This document shows positions 28,614 to 39,335 of a stretch of 64,000 nucleotides of DNA, in pieces; position 1 is the first letter of the stretch, and every line of letters begins with the position of its first letter. The position numbers and the translations under genes are program-made. The notes under the pieces are model-generated. The model saw only the letters and a list, made by a program, of their open reading frames with translations, ran no database searches and was not told the origin of the DNA. The stretch is taken from positions 672,001 to 736,000 of the forward strand of contig CAVYQE010000011.1 of NCBI GenBank assembly GCA_963770565.1, written 5' to 3'. The DNA is from an uncultured Actinomycetota bacterium. Lineage in GTDB: Bacteria > Actinomycetota > Actinomycetes > JAFAQI01.

Positions 28614-29600
28614 ATGCGCGACAAAACTGCCAACCCTCGGCCGCGCGAGGTGGCCCTCCTGGTCTATGACGGCGTGCAGATGTTCGACCTCGGGGTGGCG
28701 TGCGAGGTCTTCGGCGTCGACCAGTCCGAGCTGTTCGGTGTTCCGTGGTACCGGCTGTCGATGTGTGCGGCCGTGCCGGGCCCGGTCACGGTCGATGGCG
28801 GATACTCGTTGCAGGTGCCGTACGGGCTCGACCGGCTCCGCCGGGCCGAGACGATCGTCGTACCTCCGACCGAGCGCGCAGCCGAGGTGCCCGAGGAGGT
28901 TCTCGCGGCGCTGCGGCGGGCGCATGCCCGCGGCCGGCGGATCGTCTCGCTGTGCACCGGCGCCTTCGTGCTTGCCGCGGCCGGCTTGCTCGACGGCCGG
29001 CGGGCCACGACGCACTGGACCGAGTGCGATGCCTTAGCGCGGGCATTTCCGCGGGTCAACGTCGACCCCGACGTCTTGTACGTCGATGAGGGCGATCTGA
29101 TGACCTCGGCGGGCTCGGCCGCGGGGATCGATCTGCTGCTGCATGTCGTACGACAGGACTACGGCAGCGAGGTCGCCACCCAGCTCGCGCGCCAGTTGGT
29201 CGTGCCGCCGCACCGCGACGGCGGCCAGGCGCAATACATCGAGACACCGATGCCGAAGGTAGCCAGCACGAACCTGTTCGCCGAGACCGTCGACTGGTTG
29301 CAGCAGCACCTGGCCGAGCCGGTCACGATCGAGGACCTGGCGGGCCGCGCTGCGATGAGCCCACGGACGTTCGCGCGGCAGTTCCTCGCCAGCACCGGGA
29401 CGACGCCGTACCAGTGGTTGCTGCGGCAGCGGGTGCAACATGCGCAGCGACTGCTCGAGACCTCTGACCTGACCATCGACGTGGTGGCCTGGAAGAGCGG
29501 ATTCGTGAGCTCGGACAACCTGCGCAAGCACTTCAAGCGGAGCGTCAAGACCACACCGCAGGGCTACCGGAACGTCTTCAAGGCCAGGGTGGCCAGCTGA
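28614..29600 (+). CDS. GlxA/AdpA-type AraC regulator with DJ-1/PfpI domain
   Basis: SLCTGAF, ATTHW, TSAGSAAGID, RDGGQAQY, C-terminal AraC HTH. Confidence 0.95.
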   Translation: MRDKTANPRPREVALLVYDGVQMFDLGVACEVFGVDQSELFGVPWYRLSMCAAVPGPVTVDGGYSLQVPYGLDRLRRAETIVVPPTERAAEVPEEVLAALRRAHARGRRIVSLCTGAFVLAAAGLLDGRRATTHWTECDALARAFPRVNVDPDVLYVDEGDLMTSAGSAAGIDLLLHVVRQDYGSEVATQLARQLVVPPHRDGGQAQYIETPMPKVASTNLFAETVDWLQQHLAEPVTIEDLAGRAAMSPRTFARQFLASTGTTPYQWLLRQRVQHAQRLLETSDLTIDVVAWKSGFVSSDNLRKHFKRSVKTTPQGYRNVFKARVAS

Positions 29601-29610
29601 CTCGCTGGTG

Positions 29611-30420
29611 CTAGTGCAGCCCCGCGGCGAACACCCGGTCCTCGGTCGACTTCTTGGCCGGCACACCCTGCAGGTCGCGCCGGGTGATCGCCAGAAACGC
29701 GACCAGCACAACGATCAGGCCGGTCGTGACCAGGCTGACGTGACCGTCGCCCCAGCCTCGCCCGCCAACCTTGGTCGACTTGCCGAGCCAGTCCGCAACC
29801 GATGCGCCAAGCGGCCGGGTCAGCACGTAGGCGGTCCAGAAGGTCAGGATCGGGTTGGCGCCGAACCCCCAGAAGGCGACCGCCGGGATGATGATCAAAC
29901 CGGCGAACAGCAGCGCGGAGGAGAAGTAGCCGAGGTGCAGCGTGGTCGCGGTCAGGTCACCCACCGCTGTGCCGAGGGCGAAGGTCGCCACCACGGTCGC
30001 CCAGTAGAACGCCTCCCGGCGGAAGGTGTCGACGCTGTGGATCGACAGCGTGCCCTCGGTGTGCTGCCAGGTGACGAACACGGCGGCGAGTGCGACGGCG
30101 TAGAGCGCCGATGAGGCGATGTAGGGGACCCCGAAGCCGACGTGGAGAACGTCGGCGGCCATCGTGCCGAACACGCCGACCATCACGACCGCGAACCAGT
30201 AGGTCCAGGCCAGGTAGCGCCGCATCGACAGTTGCACCGCGAGCGCAGCGACGAAGCCGGCGAACCCGATCAGCACGGCGACCTTAGGGTCGATCCGGTG
30301 GACCAGGTAGTCCGAGGTGGCCTCGCCCATCGCGGTCGACAACGCCTTGATGACCCAGAAGTAGATCGTGATCTCCGGCACCCGCAACGCTCGTGCGGTT
30401 GCCACTGCGCGGTTGGTCAT
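29611..30420 (-). CDS. COG4705/DUF347 repeat membrane protein
   Basis: VPEIT.YFW.IK..ST.MGE..SD, REAFYW..V..TFALGTA.GD, FW.AYVLTRPLGAS. Confidence 0.88.
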   Translation of the reverse strand: MTNRAVATARALRVPEITIYFWVIKALSTAMGEATSDYLVHRIDPKVAVLIGFAGFVAALAVQLSMRRYLAWTYWFAVVMVGVFGTMAADVLHVGFGVPYIASSALYAVALAAVFVTWQHTEGTLSIHSVDTFRREAFYWATVVATFALGTAVGDLTATTLHLGYFSSALLFAGLIIIPAVAFWGFGANPILTFWTAYVLTRPLGASVADWLGKSTKVGGRGWGDGHVSLVTTGLIVVLVAFLAITRRDLQGVPAKKSTEDRVFAAGLH

Positions 30421-30544
30421 GGCGCCTCCTCGCCGATCACTACAGCATGTCGTAGCTGAGGCAAACCTGAAGAGCGTTTCAGCCTTTGCGGGCCGAGCGA
30501 GATCGGGCTGGTCGGGCCAGTGGCGTGCATGCCAGTGTGGTCGG

Positions 30545-31159
30545 GTGTTGTTCGAACAGCGGCTGAAGGTCGGGATCCACGACGGGTCGATCACGGTGAT
30601 CTTCCGCCGGTGGAAGCGGCCCCAGGTCGTCGCCGGTGGTCACTACCGGACCGGGGTCGACATGATCGCGGTCGACACGGTCGATGTGGTTGCGCCCTCG
30701 GCCATCACTCTCCGGGACGCCAAACGGGCCGGCTACCTCTCCGTCGAGGCAGTGGTGCGCGATCTTCGCGGAGCCGACGATCTGCCGGTCTACCGAATCC
30801 GGCTGCACCGGCTCGACTCGCCCGACCCGCGCGATGTCCTTGCTGCTGTGGCGGTGCTGAGCGCGGCCGAGGTCGCCGAGATCGACAAACGGCTGGCCCG
30901 GCTGGATGCGGCCAGCTCGCACGGCCCATGGACGAGCCGCGCGTTGGGAATGATCGCGGAGCAACCCGACGTACGAGCACCCGACCTTGCTGCGTCGGTC
31001 GGGCTAGAGACGGCCGTCTTCAAGCTCGACATCCGCAAGCTCAAGGCGCTCGGTCTCACGTTGAGCCAGCCGGTCGGCTACCGGTTGTCGCGGCGCGGCC
31101 GCGCTTACCGGACGGCGGTCGCGGACCGCGCGGAGCGCTTGGAGACAATGACATCGTGA
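30545..31159 (+). CDS. ASCH-like domain + winged-helix hypothetical protein
   Basis: GI.DG.ITV.FRRWKRPQV, DA.RAGY, FK.DIRKLK.LGLT.S..VGYRLS.RG. Confidence 0.8.
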   Translation: MLFEQRLKVGIHDGSITVIFRRWKRPQVVAGGHYRTGVDMIAVDTVDVVAPSAITLRDAKRAGYLSVEAVVRDLRGADDLPVYRIRLHRLDSPDPRDVLAAVAVLSAAEVAEIDKRLARLDAASSHGPWTSRALGMIAEQPDVRAPDLAASVGLETAVFKLDIRKLKALGLTLSQPVGYRLSRRGRAYRTAVADRAERLETMTS

Positions 31160-31548
31160 CATCACTAGATGCCGAGGAACTGCTGGTCACGCACATCAGC
31201 AACCACGACTACGCGGACACGGTCCAGCGACTGGAAGCCGAGCTGGCCCGGCGCCTGGTCCCGGTCTTCGCCCGGATCGACCACGCCGCCAATGCGAGCG
31301 CGGTCGGCCTCGACATGCCGCCGACGATGGTGCTGGTCTTCGGCAACCCGAAGGCCGGTACGCCGGTCATGCTCCAGCAGCCCGAGATCGCGATCGAGCT
31401 CCCGCTCCGAATCCTGGTTCGCCAGGCCGGCGAGGACGTGATGGTGCAATATCGCGATCCTGCCGAGCTCGCCGAGAGCTATGGGTTGGCCGACGATGTG
31501 GTCGCACCGTTCCACGTGATCGCCGACATCATCAACACCGCGCTGTAG
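31156..31548 (+). CDS. DUF302 domain protein
   Basis: VFARIDHA.NA..VG, LVFGNPKAGTP.M, ELPLRILV; GTGA overlap. Confidence 0.9.
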   Translation: MTSLDAEELLVTHISNHDYADTVQRLEAELARRLVPVFARIDHAANASAVGLDMPPTMVLVFGNPKAGTPVMLQQPEIAIELPLRILVRQAGEDVMVQYRDPAELAESYGLADDVVAPFHVIADIINTAL

Positions 31549-31578
31549 CCGAGGTCCAGCGCCGAACCGTGGTGCTCG

Positions 31579-32937
31579 TCACCGGATCGGGTCGGCGGCT
31601 GCGGCGGCCCGCAGGACGGTCGCGTCTGCCCAACGCCGTCCGATCAGTTGGAGGCCCACCGGCAGGCCGTCGCGCCCAGTGCCGATCGGGATGGATGCGG
31701 CGGGCAGGCCGGCGAGGTTGGCCGGCAGCGCAAGTGCGCACCACGCGTCGAACGACTCGGGCACCGGTTGGCCGTCGATGGTGGCCGGCGCTAGCCGGCC
31801 GACCTCGAACGCGGTGACCGGCATCGTGGGTGTCAGCAGCACGTCGAAGTTGTCGAAGAAGGCGTCCCACATCGTGGCGTACAGGGCTCGCTCGTGTTGC
31901 GAGTCGAGATACTGCCGGGCTGAGTACGACGCGCCGGCCATGGCGATCGCGGCGGCGTCGGCGCCGACCAGCGCCGGATTCGCCTCAACCAGCGGCCCCT
32001 CGGAGGCGTAGCCCTCCGGCATCGCGATCGAGTCCCACAGCGCGAGCGGATCGACCACCTCAGGATGCGCGACGCTGAGGTGTGCACCGGCGTCGCTGAT
32101 CGCGTCGATCGTCGCTCGGAACGACGCGCGCACATCGGGGTCGACCGCTGCGTACCCGAGGTCTTCGGAGACCGCGACTCGGAGCCCGTCCCAGCCGGGC
32201 GAAGTGACCGCGGCGAGATAATTGGCCGGCGGCGCGGGGTAGCTCAGCCAGTCATCTGCCGACGGTCCGGCCATGACGGACAGCGCCAGAGCGAGGTCGC
32301 GGACCGAGCCGGCGATCGGACCGGTCACCGAAATCGTCGGCCAGCCGCGGAATCCGGGCATCTTCGGGACCAGGCCGAAGCTCGGCTTCAAGCCATAAGT
32401 GCCGCAGAACGCGGACGGGATCCGGATCGAGCCACCGCCATCGGTACCGAGTGCCAGCGGGACCATGCCACCGGCCACCGAGGCTGCGGCGCCGCCGCTC
32501 GACCCGCCACTGGTCCGCGTCGGGTCGGCGGGATTGCGGGTCACGCCGTACAGCTCGTTGGCAGTGGTGCCGCGGTAGCAGAACTCCGGGTTGTTGGTCT
32601 TGCCGACGATGACCGCGCCGGCGTCGAGCAGCCGTCCGACGCAGGCGCAGTCGGACGGCGCGATGAAGTCGCCGAGTGCTCGCGAGCCGTTGGTGGCGGG
32701 CAGGCCGGCCACCCAGATGTGGTCCTTGACCGAGATCGGTACGCCGGCCAGCGAGCCGGTTCGCTCGCCGCGGTCCACCTCGGCGGCTCGAGCCAGCGCG
32801 GCCTCCCCGGTGACGACCGTGAACGCGCCGATGCCCGGGTCTACCTGGGAGATCCGCTCCAGCGCGTCGGAAACCGCGGCCACCGCGCTGGTCGACCCTT
32901 CGCGGATCGCGGCTGCGGTCTGCCAGGCGTCAATCAC
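31579..32937 (-). CDS. Amidase signature family enzyme
   Basis: SVKD, GKTN.PEF, GGSSGG, GTDGGGSIRIPS. Confidence 0.95.
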   Translation of the reverse strand: MIDAWQTAAAIREGSTSAVAAVSDALERISQVDPGIGAFTVVTGEAALARAAEVDRGERTGSLAGVPISVKDHIWVAGLPATNGSRALGDFIAPSDCACVGRLLDAGAVIVGKTNNPEFCYRGTTANELYGVTRNPADPTRTSGGSSGGAAASVAGGMVPLALGTDGGGSIRIPSAFCGTYGLKPSFGLVPKMPGFRGWPTISVTGPIAGSVRDLALALSVMAGPSADDWLSYPAPPANYLAAVTSPGWDGLRVAVSEDLGYAAVDPDVRASFRATIDAISDAGAHLSVAHPEVVDPLALWDSIAMPEGYASEGPLVEANPALVGADAAAIAMAGASYSARQYLDSQHERALYATMWDAFFDNFDVLLTPTMPVTAFEVGRLAPATIDGQPVPESFDAWCALALPANLAGLPAASIPIGTGRDGLPVGLQLIGRRWADATVLRAAAAADPIR

Positions 32938-34418
32938 GGCTCCATGCGCTCGTGCGGTAGTAGGGCAGCGTGGTGCGCCACGGCCTCCTCGAGGCTCGCC
33001 TGCTCGGCGACGGCGATCCGCGTCTCGGCCTCGACGTCGATCGACCGGGCGAAAACGTAGTAGAGGACCGCTGAGATCGGTAGCCCGATGAACAGCGAGA
33101 TGTCAGCACCGTGCAACTTGTGGGAGACGAAGCCGACGTAGGCCGTCCCGATCGAGAAGAACGGCACCATGCAAGCGAAACCGACCATGTAGGCGCTAAT
33201 ACCTCGCCAGCCCCAACGGCCGTACATCCCGTTCGGGTTGAAGATCTCAGCGATCGCGTAATGGCCGCGTCTCACCACGTAGTAGTCGACCAGGTTGACC
33301 GCCGTCCAGGGGATGAAGAAATACAGCACGAGCAGCAGGAAGTCCTCGAAGTGGCTGAGGAAGTGGCTGGTCGAGGCCAAGGCACCGATCAGCGAAAGTG
33401 CGGCCGTGAAGCCGATCGTGATGATGCGCACGGTGATCGTTGGCGTGACCCGCTTGAACGAGTCGATCGCGCTGATCAGCGTCAGGGATCCGCCGTACAT
33501 GTTCAGTGCGGTGACCGACACCAGGCCGATCGCGGCGAGGATCAGCACGATTGCGCCGAATCCGTCGAACACCTTGTCACCGACCGTGTTGAGCTCCGGG
33601 ATCGCGGTGCCGCTGAAGTCGGCACCCGCCCAACCGGCGAGGAGCGCCCCGACGACCATCAGCCAGGCACCACCGAGTGCAGAGCCCCAATAGGTCCAGT
33701 AGAACGTCTTGCGCACCGTCACGCTGGGCGGCAGGTAGCGGGAGTAGTCCGAGACGTAGATCGCCCAGCTGATCTGGTAGCCCGCAACCACACCGAACTG
33801 CGCGAGGAACGGCGTCCACTTGAAGCCACTGAAGGTGAACGACCCGGCCGGATAGTGCAGGGTGAAGACCGCAATCGTGAAAATGCCGAAGATCGCCAGC
33901 ATCAGGAAGGTCAGCACCTGCTCGGCCCGGTGGATCAGGTCGTAGCCGACGAGGGCGATGACGAAAGCCACCACGGTGGCGATGACGACCCATAGCTTCA
34001 CCGCGCCGTGCGCGGTCACATGCATGGCGTCTCCGGCCAGGATCGTGTTGAAGATGTTGAAGCCGAAGTACTGGACGTAGGCGAACAACCACACCAGTAG
34101 GGCGCCCACGTAGCCGAACTGTGGCCGCGACTGGATCATCTGCGGCAGCCCGAGTTGCGGACCCTGGGCCGAGTGGAACGCCATGAACAGCGTCCCCAGC
34201 AAGGTGCCGAGCAGAATCGAGATCAGTGACCAGGTCAGGTTGCCGCCGTCGTAGAAGCTGATCAGGCCCACTGCGAGGGTGGCGATCTGTGCGTTTGACA
34301 TGAACCACAGCGGTCCGAGGTGCCAGAGCTTGCCGTGCCGTTCGTTCAAGGGCACGTAGTCGATCGACCGAACCTCGACGCCACTAATCCGGGGCTGGTC
34401 CTGCTGGGTGATTGTCAT
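32934..34418 (-). CDS. NCS1 (purine-cytosine permease family) transporter
   Basis: IDYVP..ERHG, QGPQLGLPQMIQSRPQFG, SDYSRYLP, PWTAVNLVDY. Confidence 0.93.
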   Translation of the reverse strand: MTITQQDQPRISGVEVRSIDYVPLNERHGKLWHLGPLWFMSNAQIATLAVGLISFYDGGNLTWSLISILLGTLLGTLFMAFHSAQGPQLGLPQMIQSRPQFGYVGALLVWLFAYVQYFGFNIFNTILAGDAMHVTAHGAVKLWVVIATVVAFVIALVGYDLIHRAEQVLTFLMLAIFGIFTIAVFTLHYPAGSFTFSGFKWTPFLAQFGVVAGYQISWAIYVSDYSRYLPPSVTVRKTFYWTYWGSALGGAWLMVVGALLAGWAGADFSGTAIPELNTVGDKVFDGFGAIVLILAAIGLVSVTALNMYGGSLTLISAIDSFKRVTPTITVRIITIGFTAALSLIGALASTSHFLSHFEDFLLLVLYFFIPWTAVNLVDYYVVRRGHYAIAEIFNPNGMYGRWGWRGISAYMVGFACMVPFFSIGTAYVGFVSHKLHGADISLFIGLPISAVLYYVFARSIDVEAETRIAVAEQASLEEAVAHHAALLPHERMEP

Positions 34419-34488
34419 CGCTGCACTTTGCACTATTGGTGCGGTGTTGGGAAGGGGTTGCGCCGATCAAGATCAGTGGCGGCTCGGG

Positions 34489-35445
34489 TCAGCTCCCGGC
34501 CATCACGGATAGCAGTTCATAGCCCGCGTGGGATGCGGCGATCCCGGTGATCTCGGCGTGGTCGTAGGCAGGAGATACCTCGACGATGTCGGCGGAGACG
34601 AGCTGCGCGCCGGTCAGGCCTCTGAGGACGCCGAGCAGCTCGCGCGAGGTCATTCCGCCGGCTTCGGGCGTGCCGGTGCCGGGTGCGTGGGCGGGGTCGA
34701 GGACGTCGATGTCGACCGAGACGTACACCGGTCGATCGCCGAGCCGTTCGCGCATCCGCTCGATCGTGCCGTTCACCCCGAGCGCATCCAGCTCCGTGCA
34801 GTGGATGGTGGCGAAGCCGAGGTCAGCTGACTCGGGTAGGTCGCTGGGTTGGTAGAGCGGGCCGCGGATGCCGATGTGCAGGCAGTGGTCGCGGTCGAGC
34901 AGCCCTTCCTCGGACGCCCGCCGGAACGGCGTCCCGTGGGTGAACGGCTCGCCGAAGTAGGTGTCCCAGGTGTCGAGATGGGCGTCGAAGTGCAGTACGG
35001 CGATCGGCCCGTGCGTCGCATGCATCACCCGTAGCAACGGCAGCGCGATCGTGTGGTCGCCGCCGAGGGTAAGGAGCCGGGCACCGCTCGATACCAGCTC
35101 GGCGGCGCCGGCTTCGATCTGGGAGATCGCCTCGGAGATGTCGAACGGGTTGACCGCGATGTCGCCGGCGTCGACCACCTGCTGGGCGCCGAACGGCGAA
35201 ACGCCGAGGGCCGGGTTGTAGGGGCGGAGCAGGCGCGAGCTCTGCCGGATATGCGACGGCCCGAACCGCGCGCCAGGGCGATAGCTGACTCCGCTGTCGA
35301 AGGGGATGCCGACCACCGCGACGTCAACAGCGGCCGCGACGTCCTCGAGGCGCGGCAGCCGGGCGAACGTCGACAGGCCGGCATAGCGGGGCACGACCGA
35401 AGCATCGGTCGGCCCGACCGGACGATCCTGGCCGGCGGAGCTCAC
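34489..35445 (-). CDS. speB: Agmatinase / guanidinobutyrase-type ureohydrolase
   Basis: [36 protein letters not shown]; start uncertain. Confidence 0.9.
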   Translation of the reverse strand: MSSAGQDRPVGPTDASVVPRYAGLSTFARLPRLEDVAAAVDVAVVGIPFDSGVSYRPGARFGPSHIRQSSRLLRPYNPALGVSPFGAQQVVDAGDIAVNPFDISEAISQIEAGAAELVSSGARLLTLGGDHTIALPLLRVMHATHGPIAVLHFDAHLDTWDTYFGEPFTHGTPFRRASEEGLLDRDHCLHIGIRGPLYQPSDLPESADLGFATIHCTELDALGVNGTIERMRERLGDRPVYVSVDIDVLDPAHAPGTGTPEAGGMTSRELLGVLRGLTGAQLVSADIVEVSPAYDHAEITGIAASHAGYELLSVMAGS

Positions 35446-35500
35446 GCCGACAGTATTGCCGCTCGCCACCCGCTGGTGACCAGTAGGCGAAGATGCGTGC

Positions 35501-37774
35501 ATGGTTCGGGCGGTGATGGCCGCGCTCCGCCGCTACCAGGGGCTCGGAGCGGTACGCCGGGCTGCGCGGGCGGCGATCGTGATGCCCGGGATGTTCGCGG
35601 TCGGCGACAAGGTCATCGGTGATCCGACCGTCGCGACCTTCGCCGCCTTCGGCAGCTTCGCAATGGTCCTGCTGGTCAACTTCGGCGGGTCGCTCCGCGA
35701 GCGGCTGGAGGCGCAGGTCGCGCTCTCGGTCACCGCCGCCGCCCTGGTGTGTCTAGGCACCCTGGTGTCGCGGACGACCTGGCTGGCGGTCGTGACGATG
35801 GCGGTGGTCGGGTTCGGCGTACTGTTCGCGGGCGTCGTCAGCTCGGTTCTCGCGAGCGCAACCACCGCGCTGCTGCTGGCCTTCATCCTTCCCGTCTCGC
35901 TCGCCGCGGCGCCATCGGCGATCCCGTACCGGCTCGAAGGGTGGGGGCTGGCCTGCGGCGCCGCGCTGCTTGCGATGGCGCTGCTGTGGCCGGCGCGTAC
36001 GCCGGACCCGTTGCGAACGGCGGCCGCCGATGCCTGCCGCGCGCTGTCCGAACGGCTCCGTTCCGATATCGCGTTCCACGTCGGCGGCGGCGTGGGGGAG
36101 TCTGCCGCCGGGCATGAGCTCGCGGTCGAGGGGGCGAGGAACGCGGTCGCCGCCTTGCACAAGACCTTCCTCGAGACGCCGTACCGACCCACCGGGTTGG
36201 GGACCGCAGCACGAACGATCGTGCGGTTGGTCGACGAACTGAACTGGCTGGATGTCGTGCTGGCGTACGAGCATCCGGTGTCGGGACCGGTGTCTCCGGA
36301 TCGGCCGAGCATCGCGGTCAAGCAGGCTGCCGCGACGGTGCTCGCGCAGTGCGCCGACCTGTTGCAACGTCCGGAGCAGTCGCCGGAGTCGTTGCGCGAG
36401 GCACTGGCCACCTTGCATGGGGCGCTCGAGGCGATGGAGGTCGACGCGACCTTCGAGCTGCCGGTGGTTCGCGCACCGGCCATGGCCGCTGGCGGTATGG
36501 ATGACGACCAAGTGGTCGAGTTCGTGACCTCGCTGGACCCGAGCTTCCGCGCCCAGGAGCTGAGCTTCGCGGTCGCGCTGGTCGGGCTCAACGTGGATCG
36601 AACCGTCACGGCGGAACGCCGTGGGTGGTGGCAGCGACTGCTCGGTCAGCAGCCGGACGGAGTGGCTGGCCCGCTCTCCGCCGCCCGGGAGCGAGCCGGC
36701 GCACATCTCGAGCTGCACTCGGTCTGGTTGCACAACAGCGTGCGCGGGGCCGCGGCTCTGGCGAGCGCCGTCCTCATCGCGGACCTGACCGGTGTGCAGC
36801 ACTCGTTCTGGGTCGTGCTCGGCACCTTGTCCGTACTTCGGTCCAACGCGCTCAACACCGGGCAGAACGCGCTGCGCGGCGTCCTCGGCACGTCTGCCGG
36901 CTTCGTGCTCGGTGCGATCCTGCTCAAGCTCATCGGCACCGATCCCACATTGCTGTGGATCCTGCTACCGATCGTGGTCCTGCTCGCCGGCATCGCTCCG
37001 GCGCTGGTGTCGTTCGCCGCCGGACAAGCCGCGTTCACCTTGACCTTGGTGATCCTCTACAACATCGTCCAACCGGTCGGGTGGCGGGTGGGGTTGCTCC
37101 GGGTCGAGGACGTCGCGCTGGGGTGTGCGGTCAGCGTTGCGGTTGGGATGCTGTTCTGGCCGCGTGGAGCGGTGGCGACGCTACGCACCGCGCTCGCTGA
37201 GGCGTACGCCGACAGTGCGACGTACCTTCACAACGCGGTGATCTACGGCGCGAACCGCTGTGACGCCGGGCGCGCCCCGTCGGTCGAGCCCACTACGGAA
37301 GCCGTCCTGGCCGCGGCGTCGTCGCGACGCCTCGACGACACCTTCCGCAGCTATCTCGCCGAGAACGGGCCTAAGCACGTGTCGCTGGCCGAGATCACCA
37401 GCCTGGTCACGGGCGTTGCGGCCCTGCGGCTTGCGGCCGACGCGATCGTGGATCTCTGGGAAAGTGACCATGAGCGAGGAGGAGACCGCGCCGCCGCGCG
37501 CGAGGAGCTGCTGACCAACAGTGCCATCGTCCGCGGGTGGTACGCCGACTTCGCGAACAGCCTGCTCAGGACGCGCGAGCCACCAGCGCCGCTCCGCCAC
37601 GATCGCGCCGCCAACGGTCGCCTGGTCGACGCGGTGCGTCGCGACCTGCGGACCGACGACGGCCGCTCGACCGCGGTAGCCGTCCGAGTGATCTGGACCG
37701 CTGACCATCTCGACGCCGCGCGGCGCCTGCAGCAATCGATTGTGGGTGCGGCCCGCGCCGCCTCGACGAACTGA
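35501..37774 (+). CDS. FUSC-family membrane protein
   Basis: Two TM bundles with a helical linker, [22 protein letters not shown]. Confidence 0.85.
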   Translation: MVRAVMAALRRYQGLGAVRRAARAAIVMPGMFAVGDKVIGDPTVATFAAFGSFAMVLLVNFGGSLRERLEAQVALSVTAAALVCLGTLVSRTTWLAVVTMAVVGFGVLFAGVVSSVLASATTALLLAFILPVSLAAAPSAIPYRLEGWGLACGAALLAMALLWPARTPDPLRTAAADACRALSERLRSDIAFHVGGGVGESAAGHELAVEGARNAVAALHKTFLETPYRPTGLGTAARTIVRLVDELNWLDVVLAYEHPVSGPVSPDRPSIAVKQAAATVLAQCADLLQRPEQSPESLREALATLHGALEAMEVDATFELPVVRAPAMAAGGMDDDQVVEFVTSLDPSFRAQELSFAVALVGLNVDRTVTAERRGWWQRLLGQQPDGVAGPLSAARERAGAHLELHSVWLHNSVRGAAALASAVLIADLTGVQHSFWVVLGTLSVLRSNALNTGQNALRGVLGTSAGFVLGAILLKLIGTDPTLLWILLPIVVLLAGIAPALVSFAAGQAAFTLTLVILYNIVQPVGWRVGLLRVEDVALGCAVSVAVGMLFWPRGAVATLRTALAEAYADSATYLHNAVIYGANRCDAGRAPSVEPTTEAVLAAASSRRLDDTFRSYLAENGPKHVSLAEITSLVTGVAALRLAADAIVDLWESDHERGGDRAAAREELLTNSAIVRGWYADFANSLLRTREPPAPLRHDRAANGRLVDAVRRDLRTDDGRSTAVAVRVIWTADHLDAARRLQQSIVGAARAASTN

Positions 37775-37819
37775 CCCGTGGCCGAATTTCGGCCTCTTTG
37801 GAGCGCAGCGTCTCAGGTC

Positions 37820-38606
37820 TCAGTGACCGTGCGGGTTGGGGGAGTGCGTCGGATGCGGTTGCTGCGTCGGGTGCGGTTGCTTGCGTCGGGTGCGGCTTCT
37901 TCGTCGGGTGCGGCTTCTTGGTCGGGTGCGGGCTCTTGGTCGGGTGCGGGCTCTTGGTCGGGTGCGGGCTCTTGGTCGGGTGCGGGCTCTTGGTCGGGTG
38001 CGGGCTCTTGGTCGGGTGCGGACTCTTGGTCGGGTGCGGACTCTTGACCGGATGAGTCGGGTGGTTCGAGGGCGTCGGCTGCGCCGGTTGAGTCGGGGCT
38101 GCCGAGGATCCTGGGCGGTGGCTCCCGCTGGTGACGCCGACCGGCGCGGTGGCGCTGGAGGTCGGGGTCACGGCCGGGTTGGGCTTCGGCCCGGATGAAG
38201 GGGCGCCCGGCGTGGGGGTCGTCGCCGGTCGCGGCGCCGGCGTCGCGGAAGTGTGGTGCGAGGGGTGCGGGTAGAAGATGTCGTCGACGACCGTCCTGAC
38301 CGCATGCGGCGTGTGACCGGTCGCCGCGACCGCGACCCCGCCGGCAACCACGATGCCGCCGGCAATGCTCGCTGCGGCGGCCCAGCCTGAGAGTCGACCG
38401 ACAAGCCGGCCGAACGGGGATCGCCGCGTTGCCTGGTGGGCCCGGAAGTACCGGAGCGCTTCCTGTTCGCCGCGGGCCGGACCGTCGTCCGAAGCCCGGA
38501 GCGTAGTGAGCAGGTCCTCGACCGGTCCGCCGACATGCGAGGTCGCCGCGAAGAGTTGCTCGCACTCTTCGTCGGACAGCTCGCGGTCGCGCGGTTCGTC
38601 AGTCAT
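37820..38606 (-). CDS. Putative membrane anti-sigma factor with Pro/Thr/His-rich extracellular tail; apparent +1 frameshift near 37881
   Basis: Directly follows ECF sigma; one TM; PT-rich tail with (PTKSPH)n. As written the ORF runs to 37566; removing one base gives a stop at 37820. Confidence 0.7.
37885..38046. repeat. 18-bp tandem repeat x9 encoding PHPTKS/K
   Basis: GTCGGGTGCGG(G/A)CTCTTG-type units (two read GTCGGGTGCGGCTTCTTS); two more degenerate units at 37848-37884. Confidence 0.95.
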
Positions 38607-38607
38607 G

Positions 38608-39189
38608 TCACTCCTCTACCGAACCAAGCGGGATTTCCGTTACACCGTCGCCGAGGATCCGGGCGAGCGTACGAAGCCCGCGATGGGACAGGACCCGCAC
38701 GGTGCCGGGCTTCTTGCCGACGATCCGAGCCACCTGCTCGACGCTGAGTCCGGCGATCGCCCGCAATGTCACGATCTCCGCCTGGTCGGTGGGGAGCTGC
38801 CGGATCAGCGCCATCGCGGCGTCGGTGCCCGAATGCTCCGCAGCCTCGGCCTCGACGTCGGACCCCGACGGGCCGTCGATATCGGTCAACGGCCGGTCGA
38901 GCACCTCGGGTCGGCGCGCTCGTCGGCGTACCTCGTCGACCCATCGCCGGCGCGCCATCGTGAGCACCCACGCGTGAAAGCTGCCGAGGTCGTCATCGCG
39001 GAAGGTGCGCATGGACTTGATGATCGACACCCAGGTGTCACTCGCGACATCGTCGATCAGGTCGGCGCTGGCGAAGGACGCGAGGTAGCGGAGCACGACC
39101 GGCCGGGTATGGCGGAACAGCTGTGTGAACGCCGCCTCGTCACCGGCTCGCGCCAGTCGAAGGACGTCCGGAAACTGTTCGGGTTGCAC
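38608..39189 (-). CDS. ECF RNA polymerase sigma factor
   Basis: A.AGDEAAF, DD..SDTW, W..T.ARRR..D..RR, region 4 LP.DQAE...GTVRV..HRGL; start GTG 39189 or ATG 39213. Confidence 0.93.
   Translation of the reverse strand: MQPEQFPDVLRLARAGDEAAFTQLFRHTRPVVLRYLASFASADLIDDVASDTWVSIIKSMRTFRDDDLGSFHAWVLTMARRRWVDEVRRRARRPEVLDRPLTDIDGPSGSDVEAEAAEHSGTDAAMALIRQLPTDQAEIVTLRAIAGLSVEQVARIVGKKPGTVRVLSHRGLRTLARILGDGVTEIPLGSVEE
38618..38643 (-). promoter_or_regulatory. Putative ECF promoter inside sigma 3' end driving the anti-sigma gene
   Basis: Minus strand GTAAC-N17-CGGT. Confidence 0.5.
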
Positions 39190-39250
39190 GGCATCCCATC
39201 GGCTCAGATGCACGGTTGGTCAAGAAAACCGATCCGTAGCCGCCCGGACT

Positions 39251-39276
39251 GTAACGCTCTGCGGGTTGCGGGCGAT
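39251..39276 (+). promoter_or_regulatory. Putative ECF (SigD-like) promoter
   Basis: GTAAC-N17-CGAT, ~60 bp upstream of 39336. Confidence 0.6.
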
Positions 39277-39335
39277 TACGCAGCGAGTCCACCACCAACC
39301 GGTATTACCCGCGACTCGGCAAGGAGAAGATCACC

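Noticed and set aside
34434-34488. Guanidine riboswitch near the ureohydrolase operon
   Set aside because: No ykkC or paired ACGR-loop hairpin pattern visible here or upstream of the ureohydrolase
37885-38046. Regular repeats as a possible CRISPR array
   Set aside because: Units are contiguous 18-mers with no unique spacers, are in-frame coding, and no cas genes are present
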